A stretch of DNA of 64,000 nucleotides from Candidatus Woesearchaeota archaeon (GTDB taxonomy: Archaea > Nanobdellota > Nanobdellia > SCGC-AAA011-G17 > PNOQ01), in NCBI GenBank assembly GCA_018693795.1, contig JABHMJ010000022.1, positions 146 to 64,145 on the forward strand, in the 5' to 3' direction. Shown here piece after piece: positions 18,978-27,692 of the stretch (the stretch's first letter is position 1; the number at the start of each line of letters is the position of its first letter). Position numbers and translations under genes: made by a program. The notes below the pieces were generated by a model. That model saw only the letters and a list, made by a program, of their open reading frames with translations, had not been told where the DNA came from and made no database searches.

Positions 18978-19224
18978 AGATATGGTTTTGGAAATATTGG
19001 AAATGCTTTCAGATTTGCAAGAAGACGATTGTGTCCCAAAAAATGTAAGGGGCAGAATTGGATGCGCAATTGAAGCATTAAAATGTGAAGAAAGATCTAT
19101 TTCTATGAAAGTTGATGCCTCATTACAAGAATTGGAAGAAGTTTCTGAAGATTCAAATGTGCCTGCTTTTACTAAAACTCAAATTTATTCTATAGTTTCA
19201 AAATTAGAGTGTATTAAACAATAG
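18970..19224 (+). CDS. UPF0147 family protein
   Basis: Pattern LSDLQEDDCVPKNVRGRIGCAIEAL resembles the UPF0147 signature (VPRNIRRAA). Confidence 0.5.
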   Translation: MSEDMVLEILEMLSDLQEDDCVPKNVRGRIGCAIEALKCEERSISMKVDASLQELEEVSEDSNVPAFTKTQIYSIVSKLECIKQ

Positions 19225-19261
19225 AAATGTTTATAAATTTGTTAATATTTCCCTTCTTAAG

Positions 19262-19666
19262 ATGAAAAAATTCCTTTCAAAAATAAAAGATAGCGTAGGA
19301 CAAAAAGATTTTTCTTATAATGATGATATGCCTGAAGAGTTTGAAGAAGACTATGTTGAATTAACAACAGATGGAGATGTTCCTAAAGCTAGAATTGTTG
19401 TTAGACCCTTTATTGTACAGGATTTTTCAGACATAAAGCCTGCTTTAGATGCTTTAAGAGAAGGATATACTATTGCTTTGATTAATATTGGACCATTAAA
19501 AGAGAGAGATATGGTTGAGTTAAAGAGAGCTGTGAACAAATTAAAGAAAACATGTGATGCAATTGATGGAGATATTGCTGGTTTTGGTGGAGATTGGGTG
19601 GTTGTTACTCCAAGTTTCGCTAGTGTTCATAGAACTAATGCAATGGAATCTTTTGGAGACGAATAA
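19262..19666 (+). CDS. sepF: cell division protein SepF (archaeal FtsZ anchor)
   Basis: SepF/DUF552 core (VVRPFIVQDFSDIKPALDALREGYTIALINI) and C-terminal VVVTPSF. Confidence 0.75.
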   Translation: MKKFLSKIKDSVGQKDFSYNDDMPEEFEEDYVELTTDGDVPKARIVVRPFIVQDFSDIKPALDALREGYTIALINIGPLKERDMVELKRAVNKLKKTCDAIDGDIAGFGGDWVVVTPSFASVHRTNAMESFGDE

Positions 19667-19699
19667 TTTTATAAATACTTATTCTTTTTTTATTACAAA

Positions 19700-20218
19700 A
19701 TGGATGAAGCAACAAAACAACCGTGTCCTATTTGTGGAAAAAATGGATTAACATTAAGAGATAGAGAAATAGATATTCCTTATTTTGGTAAAACTTTTGT
19801 TTTTGCTATGCAATGTTCAGAATGTGGATTTTCTAAAGCAGATGTAGAATTTGAAGAAAAGAAAGATCCTTCTAAAATAACATTTGAGGTTAATTCTGAA
19901 GAGGATTTATTTGTTAGAGTTGTGAAATCTGGTTCTGCTAGTGTAAAAATTCCCGGATTAAGAATGAGTATGGACCCTGGAGAAAATTCTGAAGGATTTG
20001 TTACAAATATTGAAGGATTGATTGGAAAATTTGAGAAAATCTTAGAGGCTCAAAGAGATGAAGCCGATGATAAGGCTGTTCGAAAGAAAGCTAAAAACTT
20101 ATTGAAGAAAATTTGGAAAGTTAAATTGGGCGAATTGCCTTTGAAAATTGTAATTGAAGACAAGACTGGAAATTCTGCCATTGTTTCTGAGAAAACTGAA
20201 GTAAAAAAATTGAAATAG
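19700..20218 (+). CDS. ZPR1-type zinc finger protein
   Basis: CPICG...CSECG zinc ribbon followed by a ZPR1 A-domain-like beta region. Confidence 0.7.
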   Translation: MDEATKQPCPICGKNGLTLRDREIDIPYFGKTFVFAMQCSECGFSKADVEFEEKKDPSKITFEVNSEEDLFVRVVKSGSASVKIPGLRMSMDPGENSEGFVTNIEGLIGKFEKILEAQRDEADDKAVRKKAKNLLKKIWKVKLGELPLKIVIEDKTGNSAIVSEKTEVKKLK

Positions 20219-20253
20219 AAAGGTTTTTAATGCTTATTTTTTGTTGTATTTTT

Positions 20254-20934
20254 ATGGAAAGTAAAGAAATCAATGGTTTAAAAACAATATTTATTCCTGC
20301 AAAGGCTAAAAATATTGATGTAGTTCCTGTTTTGAAGAAGTTAAAATTAGATGTAAAAAGAATTGGATTAATTTCTGCAGTACAATATATTGATTATTTA
20401 GATGATGCTAAAGTATTTCTTGAAAGTAAAGGTTTTGAAGTTTTTATTGCTGGTCAAATGGTCGGTTGCAACTCTTCTAACGCTATAAAGATAAAAGATA
20501 AAGTAGATGCATATGTTTTTATTGGAAGTGGCGAGTTTCATCCATTAGAATTAGTTAATTATTCTGGAATTGATGAAATATATTTAGCTAATCCTGTTTC
20601 TTGCAATATTACTAAATTTGATAAGAAAGAATTAGAAAAATTAGAAAAGAAAAAGATTGGTAAAATAAAGAAATATCTAACTGTAAATAAAATAGGAATT
20701 TTAGTTTCTGTCAAACCTGGGCAAAATGCTTTGAAAGCTGCTTTGAAATTTGCAGAGAACTGTGGAAAAGAAGCTTATGTTTTTATGGCAGATGAAATTG
20801 ACATTAATAGATTAGAAGACTTTAATGATATAAAAATGTGGGTGAATACTTCTTGTCCTAGATTAGAAGGTAACAATATTATTTCATTAAAAGATATAGT
20901 TGGAAGTAAATTAGTTGATTATCATACTTATTAA
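20254..20934 (+). CDS. dph2: diphthamide synthesis radical-SAM-like enzyme Dph2 (short form)
   Basis: Conserved Cys motifs (MVGCNSS, NTSCPRLEG) and a GSGEFHPL region. The start is moved to the second ATG because a TATA element lies at 20217-20231. Confidence 0.55.
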   Translation: MESKEINGLKTIFIPAKAKNIDVVPVLKKLKLDVKRIGLISAVQYIDYLDDAKVFLESKGFEVFIAGQMVGCNSSNAIKIKDKVDAYVFIGSGEFHPLELVNYSGIDEIYLANPVSCNITKFDKKELEKLEKKKIGKIKKYLTVNKIGILVSVKPGQNALKAALKFAENCGKEAYVFMADEIDINRLEDFNDIKMWVNTSCPRLEGNNIISLKDIVGSKLVDYHTY

Positions 20935-20936
20935 AA

Positions 20937-21314
20937 ATGATATATGAACCAGAATATTCGGAAAGAGAAATTTTAGTTGGTTATAAAAATATGGTTGAAC
21001 CTAGAGAAAACTTTCCTGAACATTTTGTTTCAATATTTTTTATAGGAGTAAAATATGTTGGATCTTGGAAATATGGAGAAGACGTTTATATTTATAAGGT
21101 TCCTGCTGGATTAGAAGAAATTACTTGTGAAAAATTATTAGAAAAAAAAGATTTTGTAGATTGGACTGGAAGAAGAGATTTAAAATTAGAAGGATTTTGG
21201 GATTTAACAAAAAAAATGAGGAATATTATACAAGACATAGATCCTAGAGATCCAGATGTTAATGAAAAATTGGAACTATTGATAAATAATTCAAAAAACC
21301 TTCAAAATTCTTAA
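20937..21314 (+). CDS. hypothetical protein (125 aa)
   Basis: ORF only. Confidence 0.35.
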   Translation: MIYEPEYSEREILVGYKNMVEPRENFPEHFVSIFFIGVKYVGSWKYGEDVYIYKVPAGLEEITCEKLLEKKDFVDWTGRRDLKLEGFWDLTKKMRNIIQDIDPRDPDVNEKLELLINNSKNLQNS

Positions 21315-21352
21315 TCAAAAATTATAAAAACTATAGCAAATCCTAATTAATT

Positions 21353-22804
21353 ATGAAAGTAGAAGATAAAGTTTTAGATTTAGCAAAACGAAGGGGATTC
21401 GTATGGGGACCTAGTCCAAATATTTATGAAGGTGGATTGAAAGGTTTCTATGATTGGGGCCCATTAGGTAAACTGCTAAAGAATAAAGTTGAAAATATAT
21501 TAAGAAAAGGTTTTTCTGGATTTAGTTTTTGGGAAGTTGAATGCCCGACAATTATGCCAAAGAAAGTTTGGGAGGCTTCAGGTCATATGGATGGGCTAAT
21601 TGATTATGTTACTTATTGTACAAAATGTAAATCTGCACACAGGGTAGATCATTTAATGGATGATATTGAAGATTTTAATCAAAAAAAATTAGGAGAATTA
21701 CTAAGAGAGAGAAAAATAATTTGTCCTTCTTGTAAAAAGGGAGGTTTTGAAGTTGTTGAAAAGCGTAATTTAATGATGAAAACTAAAATAGGCCTAGATC
21801 AAGAAGCTTTTTTAAGACCAGAAACTGCAACTACAACATATTTATTATTTCCAGAATTATATAGATTTTTTAGAACAAAAATGCCTTTTGGGGTTTTCCA
21901 ATCTGGAAAAGCATATAGAAATGAAATAAGTCCAAGACAAGGAGTTTTTAGAACTAGAGAATTTACACAAATAGAAGCACAATTATTTTTGTTGAAAGAA
22001 AATTTTAATGATTATGAAAAATTTAATGATTATGCTGATGAAGAACTGCCATTAATGAAATATGGTTTTAAAAAAATTGAACATATTAGATTGGGGGATA
22101 GTATAAAGAAAAAATTCATGAAAAAAGAAGCTTATGCTTTCATGAATTTTGTTGCTTACAAATTAATTAAAGATATGGGATTTGATTCTAATAAAATAAG
22201 AATAAGACAGCATAATCCAGCAGAATTAGCTTTCTATGCAGATGATGCATGGGATATTGAGATAAATACTGAAAGACATGGATGGATGGAATTATGTGGA
22301 ATTCATGACAGAAAAGATTATGATTTGAAGAGACATGCTGAATTTTCTAAAACTAAAATGGAAGTTCAAGGAGAAACCCCCACTATTTTGGAAATTGCTT
22401 TTGGTTTAGAGAGAACTGCATATGCATTATTAGAAAATTCATTAGTTGATGATAAAGATAGAGATTGGTTGAATTTTAAACAAGGGATTGCCCCAATTGA
22501 TATTGCTGTATTTCCTCTAATGAAAAAAGAAGGAATGGATGATTTAGCTAAAGAGTTATTTTCTAATTTGGATAAAGATTTTGCTTGTGTTTATGATGAT
22601 TCTGGCTCAATAGGAAGAAGATATAGAAGAATGGATGAAGTCGGGACTTCTTTTTGTATTACAGTTGATCATGATTCATTAAAAGAAAATGATGTTACTA
22701 TAAGGGAAGTTTCCTCAATGAAACAAACTAGAATAAAAATTTCGGAAGTTACAAAAATTGTAAAAGATTTGATTTCTGGAAAGATTTCTTTTGAAGATTT
22801 ATAA
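21353..22804 (+). CDS. glyS: glycine--tRNA ligase (archaeal/eukaryotic class II type)
   Basis: Class II motifs (FRTREFTQIEAQ, RPETATTTYL) and a C-terminal anticodon-binding domain. Confidence 0.9.
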   Translation: MKVEDKVLDLAKRRGFVWGPSPNIYEGGLKGFYDWGPLGKLLKNKVENILRKGFSGFSFWEVECPTIMPKKVWEASGHMDGLIDYVTYCTKCKSAHRVDHLMDDIEDFNQKKLGELLRERKIICPSCKKGGFEVVEKRNLMMKTKIGLDQEAFLRPETATTTYLLFPELYRFFRTKMPFGVFQSGKAYRNEISPRQGVFRTREFTQIEAQLFLLKENFNDYEKFNDYADEELPLMKYGFKKIEHIRLGDSIKKKFMKKEAYAFMNFVAYKLIKDMGFDSNKIRIRQHNPAELAFYADDAWDIEINTERHGWMELCGIHDRKDYDLKRHAEFSKTKMEVQGETPTILEIAFGLERTAYALLENSLVDDKDRDWLNFKQGIAPIDIAVFPLMKKEGMDDLAKELFSNLDKDFACVYDDSGSIGRRYRRMDEVGTSFCITVDHDSLKENDVTIREVSSMKQTRIKISEVTKIVKDLISGKISFEDL

Positions 22805-22840
22805 TTTAAAAAAAAAGAAAAATTAATTATTTTTTACTAA

Positions 22841-23059
22841 CTAATGGCGCCCATGTATTAAATATATTAATGCAACAGCAATTCCCCAGTTAAATGGTAC
22901 TGTTTCCCACAATAAAGTAAATAATAAAAACAAAATAGCTATGTACATAAATGTTTTTTGTCCGTCCATTTCATCACCTCCTTTATTTAATCTTGTTTTT
23001 TTTTCTTTATAAGATTTATTATCGAAACATTTATATAATATATATGATATGCATATCAT
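22841..23059 (-). CDS. small membrane protein (72 aa), hypothetical
   Basis: Two hydrophobic helices; ORF only. Confidence 0.3.
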   Translation of the reverse strand: MICISYILYKCFDNKSYKEKKTRLNKGGDEMDGQKTFMYIAILFLLFTLLWETVPFNWGIAVALIYLIHGRH

Positions 23060-23350
23060 ATGATAGATTTAACATATGTAAATTTCTTTAGAACATTAGA
23101 CAACGATACTAGGTTAGGTATCGTTTTATGTTTAAAGAATGATTCGAAAAATGTTAGTCAATTATCTGATGAACTTAAAATGGAACAAAGTAGGATAAGT
23201 CATAATTTACAATGTTTGGAGAAAAATGGGTTCGTTACTGTAAAACAAGATGGAAAACAGAGAATATATTCTTTGAATAAGGATACAATTGAACCAATTC
23301 TTGTTGCAGTAAAAAAACATATGTCGAAGTATAAAATAAATTCATGTTAA
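23060..23350 (+). CDS. ArsR/SmtB-family transcriptional regulator
   Basis: HTH pattern (VSQLSDELKMEQSRISHNLQCLEKNGFV). Confidence 0.75.
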   Translation: MIDLTYVNFFRTLDNDTRLGIVLCLKNDSKNVSQLSDELKMEQSRISHNLQCLEKNGFVTVKQDGKQRIYSLNKDTIEPILVAVKKHMSKYKINSC

Positions 23351-23359
23351 GGAGGAAAA

Positions 23360-24295
23360 ATGAAAGAATACGATACAATAATTATTGGCGGCGGGGCAGC
23401 AGGGCTTACTGCGGCATTATACACTGGAAGAAAAAAATTAAAGACATTAATAGTTTCTATAGATCTTGGAGGACAAACTTTACTTACAGATAATATTGAA
23501 AATTACCCTGGCGTTGATAGTTCTCCTGGCCCAGAATTAATGGCTAAATTTCAGTCTCAAGCAACTAAATTTGGGGCAGAAGTTATTATGGGTGAGGCTA
23601 ATGCAATAAAAAAAATAGGCAAAACTTTTGAAGTGAATTTATCAAATGGAGAAAAATATTCTGGGAAAACCATCATAGTTGCATCTGGGAAAACTGCAAG
23701 AAAAATTGGAGCCCCAGGTGAAGATAAGTTTATGGGCAGGGGAGTTTCTACTTGTGCTACATGTGATGCAGCTTTTTTCAAAGATAAAGAGGTTGTTGTA
23801 GTTGGAGGAGGAAATTCTGCTTTTGAGGCCGCCGAATTATTAACTAAATTTGCTAAAAAAATATATTTGGTTCACAGAAATGATAAATTTAGGGCAGATG
23901 AAATTACTGTTGAAAAAGTAAAAAAATTAAAACAAGTTGAAGTTATACCTTTTTCACAATTAAAAGAAATAAAGGGAGATAAATTTGTTGATGGCGTTTC
24001 AATAGAAAATATAGAATCAAAAAAAATCAAAGAAGTGAAGGCAAATGGGATTTTTATAGAAATTGGATATGAATTAAAAACAGATTGGCTTAAATCTTTG
24101 GTAAAAAGAAATGATAAAAATGAAATAGTAATTGACGATAGGTGTAACACTTCTCAGAAAGGCATTTTTGCGGCAGGAGATGTTTCTACAGTACCGTATA
24201 AACAAACTGTAATATCTGCAGGAGAGGGCGCAAAGGCCGGTTTAGAGGCATATAAATACATAAATGGGGCAGAGGCTGCCATTGATTGGAAATAA
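23360..24295 (+). CDS. trxB: thioredoxin-disulfide reductase
   Basis: FAD GxGxxG (IIGGGAAG), redox-active CATC, and NAD(P) motif GGGNSAFEAA. Confidence 0.9.
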   Translation: MKEYDTIIIGGGAAGLTAALYTGRKKLKTLIVSIDLGGQTLLTDNIENYPGVDSSPGPELMAKFQSQATKFGAEVIMGEANAIKKIGKTFEVNLSNGEKYSGKTIIVASGKTARKIGAPGEDKFMGRGVSTCATCDAAFFKDKEVVVVGGGNSAFEAAELLTKFAKKIYLVHRNDKFRADEITVEKVKKLKQVEVIPFSQLKEIKGDKFVDGVSIENIESKKIKEVKANGIFIEIGYELKTDWLKSLVKRNDKNEIVIDDRCNTSQKGIFAAGDVSTVPYKQTVISAGEGAKAGLEAYKYINGAEAAIDWK

Positions 24296-24310
24296 CTGGA
24301 GGAAAAGAAA

Positions 24311-24661
24311 ATGGTTGAAAATTTAACAGCAGAGACTTTTAGAGAAAAGGTTTTTGATTATAAAAATGAAAAAGAATGGAAATACCGGGGAGAGTTGCCT
24401 TGCATAATAGATTTTTATGCAGATTGGTGCGGCCCTTGTAAAATGGTTTCTCCAATTTTGGATGAATTATCTGAAGAATATACTGGAAAAATAAAAATTT
24501 ATAAAATAAATACTGAAACTGAAAAAGAACTTGCTTCAGTATTTCAAATAATGAGTATACCAACGATATTATTTATTGCACTTGGAAAAGATCCTCAAGG
24601 AGTTAGAGGTGCATTACCTAAATCTGAATTTGAAAAAAAGATAAAGGAATGGTTGTTGTGA
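24311..24661 (+). CDS. trxA: thioredoxin
   Basis: WCGPC active site. Confidence 0.85.
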   Translation: MVENLTAETFREKVFDYKNEKEWKYRGELPCIIDFYADWCGPCKMVSPILDELSEEYTGKIKIYKINTETEKELASVFQIMSIPTILFIALGKDPQGVRGALPKSEFEKKIKEWLL

Positions 24662-24783
24662 ATATGGAATCCAATAGTGGAAGAAAAACAAAACGGGATA
24701 AAAAAGCTAAAGCAAAATATAATATATATAAAAAAGGCGGCGGAAAGAGAGCTGTAAAAATAAAAAATAAAAAATAAAAAGAA

Positions 24784-25110
24784 TTATCTTCTTTTCTTTT
24801 TAGTTGCTTTTTTCTTAACTACTTTCTTTTTTACAGCCTTTTTCTTAGTTACTTTTTTCTTAACTGCTTTTTTAGCTTTAGATAAACTTCTTTTAGCCTT
24901 AGTAACTTTTTTCTTATCGACTGCTACTTTTTTCTTAGCTTTAGAGACTCTTTTTTTATCTCCTGCCATTTTTTTCTTTACAACTTTTAATTTTGTTTTT
25001 GCCTTATTTACTCTTTTTTTAGCAACTGTAACTTTTTTCTTTACTGCCTTTTTCTTAACAAGCTTCTTTTTCACTGTTTTTTTCTTGACAGGTTTTTTTC
25101 TTGCGACCAT
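24784..25110 (-). CDS. lysine-rich basic protein with VKKKAVKKK repeats (histone H1 C-terminal domain-like, putative nucleoid protein)
   Basis: 108 aa, about 45 percent Lys, with tandem K-rich repeats. Has its own promoter-like element at 25167-25183. Confidence 0.55.
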   Translation of the reverse strand: MVARKKPVKKKTVKKKLVKKKAVKKKVTVAKKRVNKAKTKLKVVKKKMAGDKKRVSKAKKKVAVDKKKVTKAKRSLSKAKKAVKKKVTKKKAVKKKVVKKKATKKKRR

Positions 25111-25225
25111 TAATGGACACCTCCTTTTTTAAATTTAATCAAAACTTAGTTAATTTTTATTTAAAAGATTTATAAACCTTTTCTTTTTTGCAAAAACTTT
25201 TAAACTCTCGACGAAGATTATAATT

Positions 25226-25636
25226 ATGAAGTTCAAATATTTACCCCATACAGCAGACGCAAAATTTATTGCTTATGGGAATGATATCGACGAGGTTTTT
25301 GCTAATTCAGCTCTAGCTATGTTCAATATTTTAGGAGATACTAATAAAGTAAAAATTACAAAAAAAATAAAAGTTAATTTAGATGGAAAAAATTATGAAA
25401 GTTTGTTGAGAGATTTTTTAGAAGAATTATTATTTTTATTAGAAACTGAAAAATTATTTTTGTTTAGAGTTAAAGATTTAAAAATTAGTTCTAAGTTTAA
25501 CTTAAGTTGTGTTGTCGAGGGAGATGACCTTAATAATTACTCATTAAAAGGAGATATAAAGGCAGTAACTTATAGTGATATGAAAATTAGTAAAACTAAT
25601 AAAGGATATGAAGCGATTGTTGTTGTGGATATTTAG
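25226..25636 (+). CDS. archease (RtcB activator)
   Basis: N-terminus YLPHTADAKF (archease signature), directly upstream of rtcB. Confidence 0.85.
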   Translation: MKFKYLPHTADAKFIAYGNDIDEVFANSALAMFNILGDTNKVKITKKIKVNLDGKNYESLLRDFLEELLFLLETEKLFLFRVKDLKISSKFNLSCVVEGDDLNNYSLKGDIKAVTYSDMKISKTNKGYEAIVVVDI

Positions 25637-25639
25637 AAA

Positions 25640-27061
25640 ATGAAAATTAAAAAAATTTCAGAAAATGTATATGAAATCGATAAAGAGAAATGTATGAACG
25701 TTCCCGTAAAAATATTTGCTTCTGAAAAAATTTTAGAAAAAATTAAAAAAGATGATTCAATTCAACAAGCAAAAAATGTTGCTTGTATGCCTGGGATCCA
25801 AGGAAGGAGCATAATGCTTTCAGATGCTCATCAAGGGTATGGATTTCCAGTTGGAGGAGTTGCTGCATTTGATACTGAACATGGATGTATTTCTCCAGGT
25901 GGAGTTGGTTTTGATATTAATTGCGGGGTCAGATTATTAACTTCTAGTTTAGATAAAAAAGAAGTTGAACCTAAAATAAAAGAAGTTATTAATGATTTAT
26001 TTGATCATATCCCTTGTGGGGTCGGAAAAGAATCTAAATTAAGATTAGATGATAATGAGTTTGATGATGTTCTTAATAGTGGCCTTAAATGGGCATTGGA
26101 TAAAAAATATGCTGATAAAAAAGATTTAGATAGGTGTGAAGAGAATGGGCATATGAAGACTGCTGATGCTTCTAAAGTAAGTCTGCGAGCTAGAAAAAGA
26201 GGAAGAAGACAATTAGGAACATTGGGAGCAGGAAATCATTTTTTAGAAATTCAATATGTAGATGAAATTTATGATAAAGAAATTGCAAATAAATTTGGAA
26301 TTATTTCTGAAAATCAGATCGTTGTAATGATTCATTCTGGTTCTAGAGGATTAGGGCATCAAGTTTGTGGAGATTATTTGAAAAAAATAGAAGATGAATT
26401 TCCTGAAATATTTAATAATTTGCCAGACAAGGATTTAGCTTATGCTCCAACTGATTCTACTTTAGCTAAAGATTATCTTGGAGCCATGAGTGCAGCTGCA
26501 AATTATGGTTGGTGTAATAGGCAAATAATTTCTTATGAAACTAGAAAAGTTTTTTCTAAGATGTTTGGAGTGGATTTAAATTTAGTTTATGATGTTGCAC
26601 ACAATATTGCTAAAGTGGAAAAATATAAAATTGATGGTGTAAACAAAGATGTTTATGTTCATAGAAAAGGAGCAACTAGGGCTTTTGGTCCAGGGCATAA
26701 AGAAATTCCAAAAATTTACCGTGATGTTGGACAACCAATTTTACTTCCAGGAAGTATGGGAACTGCATCTTATGTTTTGGTTGGGACTGATAAAGCAATG
26801 AATGAAACTTTTTCTAGTGCTCCACATGGTGCCGGAAGATTAATGTCTAGACATGAAGCTATGAAAAAATTTGAAGGAGAAATAGTTAGAAAAGAGTTAG
26901 AAAAGAAAAAAATTTATATTAAAGCTGCTTCTGTTCGTGGAATTAGTGAAGAAGCGCCAGATGTTTACAAAGATGTAGATGATGTTGTTAAAGTTTCTGA
27001 TAAAGTCGGGATTGGTAAGAAAGTTTGCCGTTTACGTCCTCTTGGTGTGATTAAGGGTTAA
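25640..27061 (+). CDS. rtcB: RNA-splicing ligase RtcB
   Basis: Conserved motifs (HQGYGFPVGGV, GAGNHFLEIQ, SAPHGAGR). Confidence 0.95.
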   Translation: MKIKKISENVYEIDKEKCMNVPVKIFASEKILEKIKKDDSIQQAKNVACMPGIQGRSIMLSDAHQGYGFPVGGVAAFDTEHGCISPGGVGFDINCGVRLLTSSLDKKEVEPKIKEVINDLFDHIPCGVGKESKLRLDDNEFDDVLNSGLKWALDKKYADKKDLDRCEENGHMKTADASKVSLRARKRGRRQLGTLGAGNHFLEIQYVDEIYDKEIANKFGIISENQIVVMIHSGSRGLGHQVCGDYLKKIEDEFPEIFNNLPDKDLAYAPTDSTLAKDYLGAMSAAANYGWCNRQIISYETRKVFSKMFGVDLNLVYDVAHNIAKVEKYKIDGVNKDVYVHRKGATRAFGPGHKEIPKIYRDVGQPILLPGSMGTASYVLVGTDKAMNETFSSAPHGAGRLMSRHEAMKKFEGEIVRKELEKKKIYIKAASVRGISEEAPDVYKDVDDVVKVSDKVGIGKKVCRLRPLGVIKG

Positions 27062-27132
27062 GGGCCTGTGGTGTAATGGTATCACAGGGGGCTGGCAGTC
27101 CCCGGACCCGAGTTCGATTCTCGGCAGGTCCA
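27062..27132 (+). tRNA. tRNA-Ala (anticodon GGC)
   Basis: Cloverleaf with the G3:U70 alanine identity pair; anticodon loop CTGGCAG; T-arm CCGAG-TTCGATT-CTCGG. Confidence 0.8.
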
Positions 27133-27166
27133 TAATTTTTATATATTACTTGTAGTTCCTATTATT

Positions 27167-27574
27167 ATGGTTATTAATTTTTTATCAAGAGAAATGGCAT
27201 TTGATGCTTTAGATGTTGTGATGTATTTACGTGGAAAAGGAGGTTCTGAAGAAACATACCATCGTTTTGTTTCTAATCTTGAAGAAGGATTAGAAAGGAT
27301 AGAAAATGGAGAAATGGGGCCAATTTCAAATAGCGTGATTTATGATGCAGTTTATGCTGCTTACCCATTTATCAAGCCATATAGTGATCAAATGCAACTT
27401 TCATTAGTTAAAGACATACCAAATAGATTGAGAAACCACTTAATATGGAAAGACTACAATCAAGAAGAAATAGACAATCTTACCAATTTTTGTAAAACAT
27501 TTCATGATATTTCCTTAGAAAGAAGATCTGAAAATGTTCCTAGGATAGAAGAATATTTGGGAGAATTAGAATAA
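27167..27574 (+). CDS. hypothetical protein (135 aa)
   Basis: ORF between two tRNA genes; no family recognized. Confidence 0.35.
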   Translation: MVINFLSREMAFDALDVVMYLRGKGGSEETYHRFVSNLEEGLERIENGEMGPISNSVIYDAVYAAYPFIKPYSDQMQLSLVKDIPNRLRNHLIWKDYNQEEIDNLTNFCKTFHDISLERRSENVPRIEEYLGELE

Positions 27575-27614
27575 GGGAAAGCTTTTTAAAATAAAATTTG
27601 ACTCTTTTTATTAT

Positions 27615-27689
27615 GGCGCTATAGTTCAGCCTGGTTAGAACGCCCGTTTCATGTGCGGGAGATCCCCAGTTCAAATCTGGGTAGCGCCA
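27615..27689 (+). tRNA. tRNA with CAU anticodon (elongator Met or Ile2)
   Basis: Acceptor GGCGCTA/TAGCGCC, D-stem GTTC/GAAC, anticodon loop TTCATGT, T-loop TTCAAAT. The G1-C72 pair argues against an initiator. Confidence 0.8.
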
Positions 27690-27692
27690 TTT

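Noticed and set aside
24664-24777. 37-aa very basic ORF (MESNSGRKTKRDKKAKAKYNIYKKGGGKRAVKIKNKK) between trx and the K-rich gene
   Set aside because: No match to the known tiny ribosomal proteins I could recall (L41e, L39e, S30e), and it lies in an A-rich convergent terminator region. Likely spurious; unresolved without expression data.
27615-27689. Initiator tRNA-Met assignment for the CAU tRNA
   Set aside because: It has G1-C72 and lacks the A1:U72 pair characteristic of archaeal initiators; called elongator Met/Ile2 instead.
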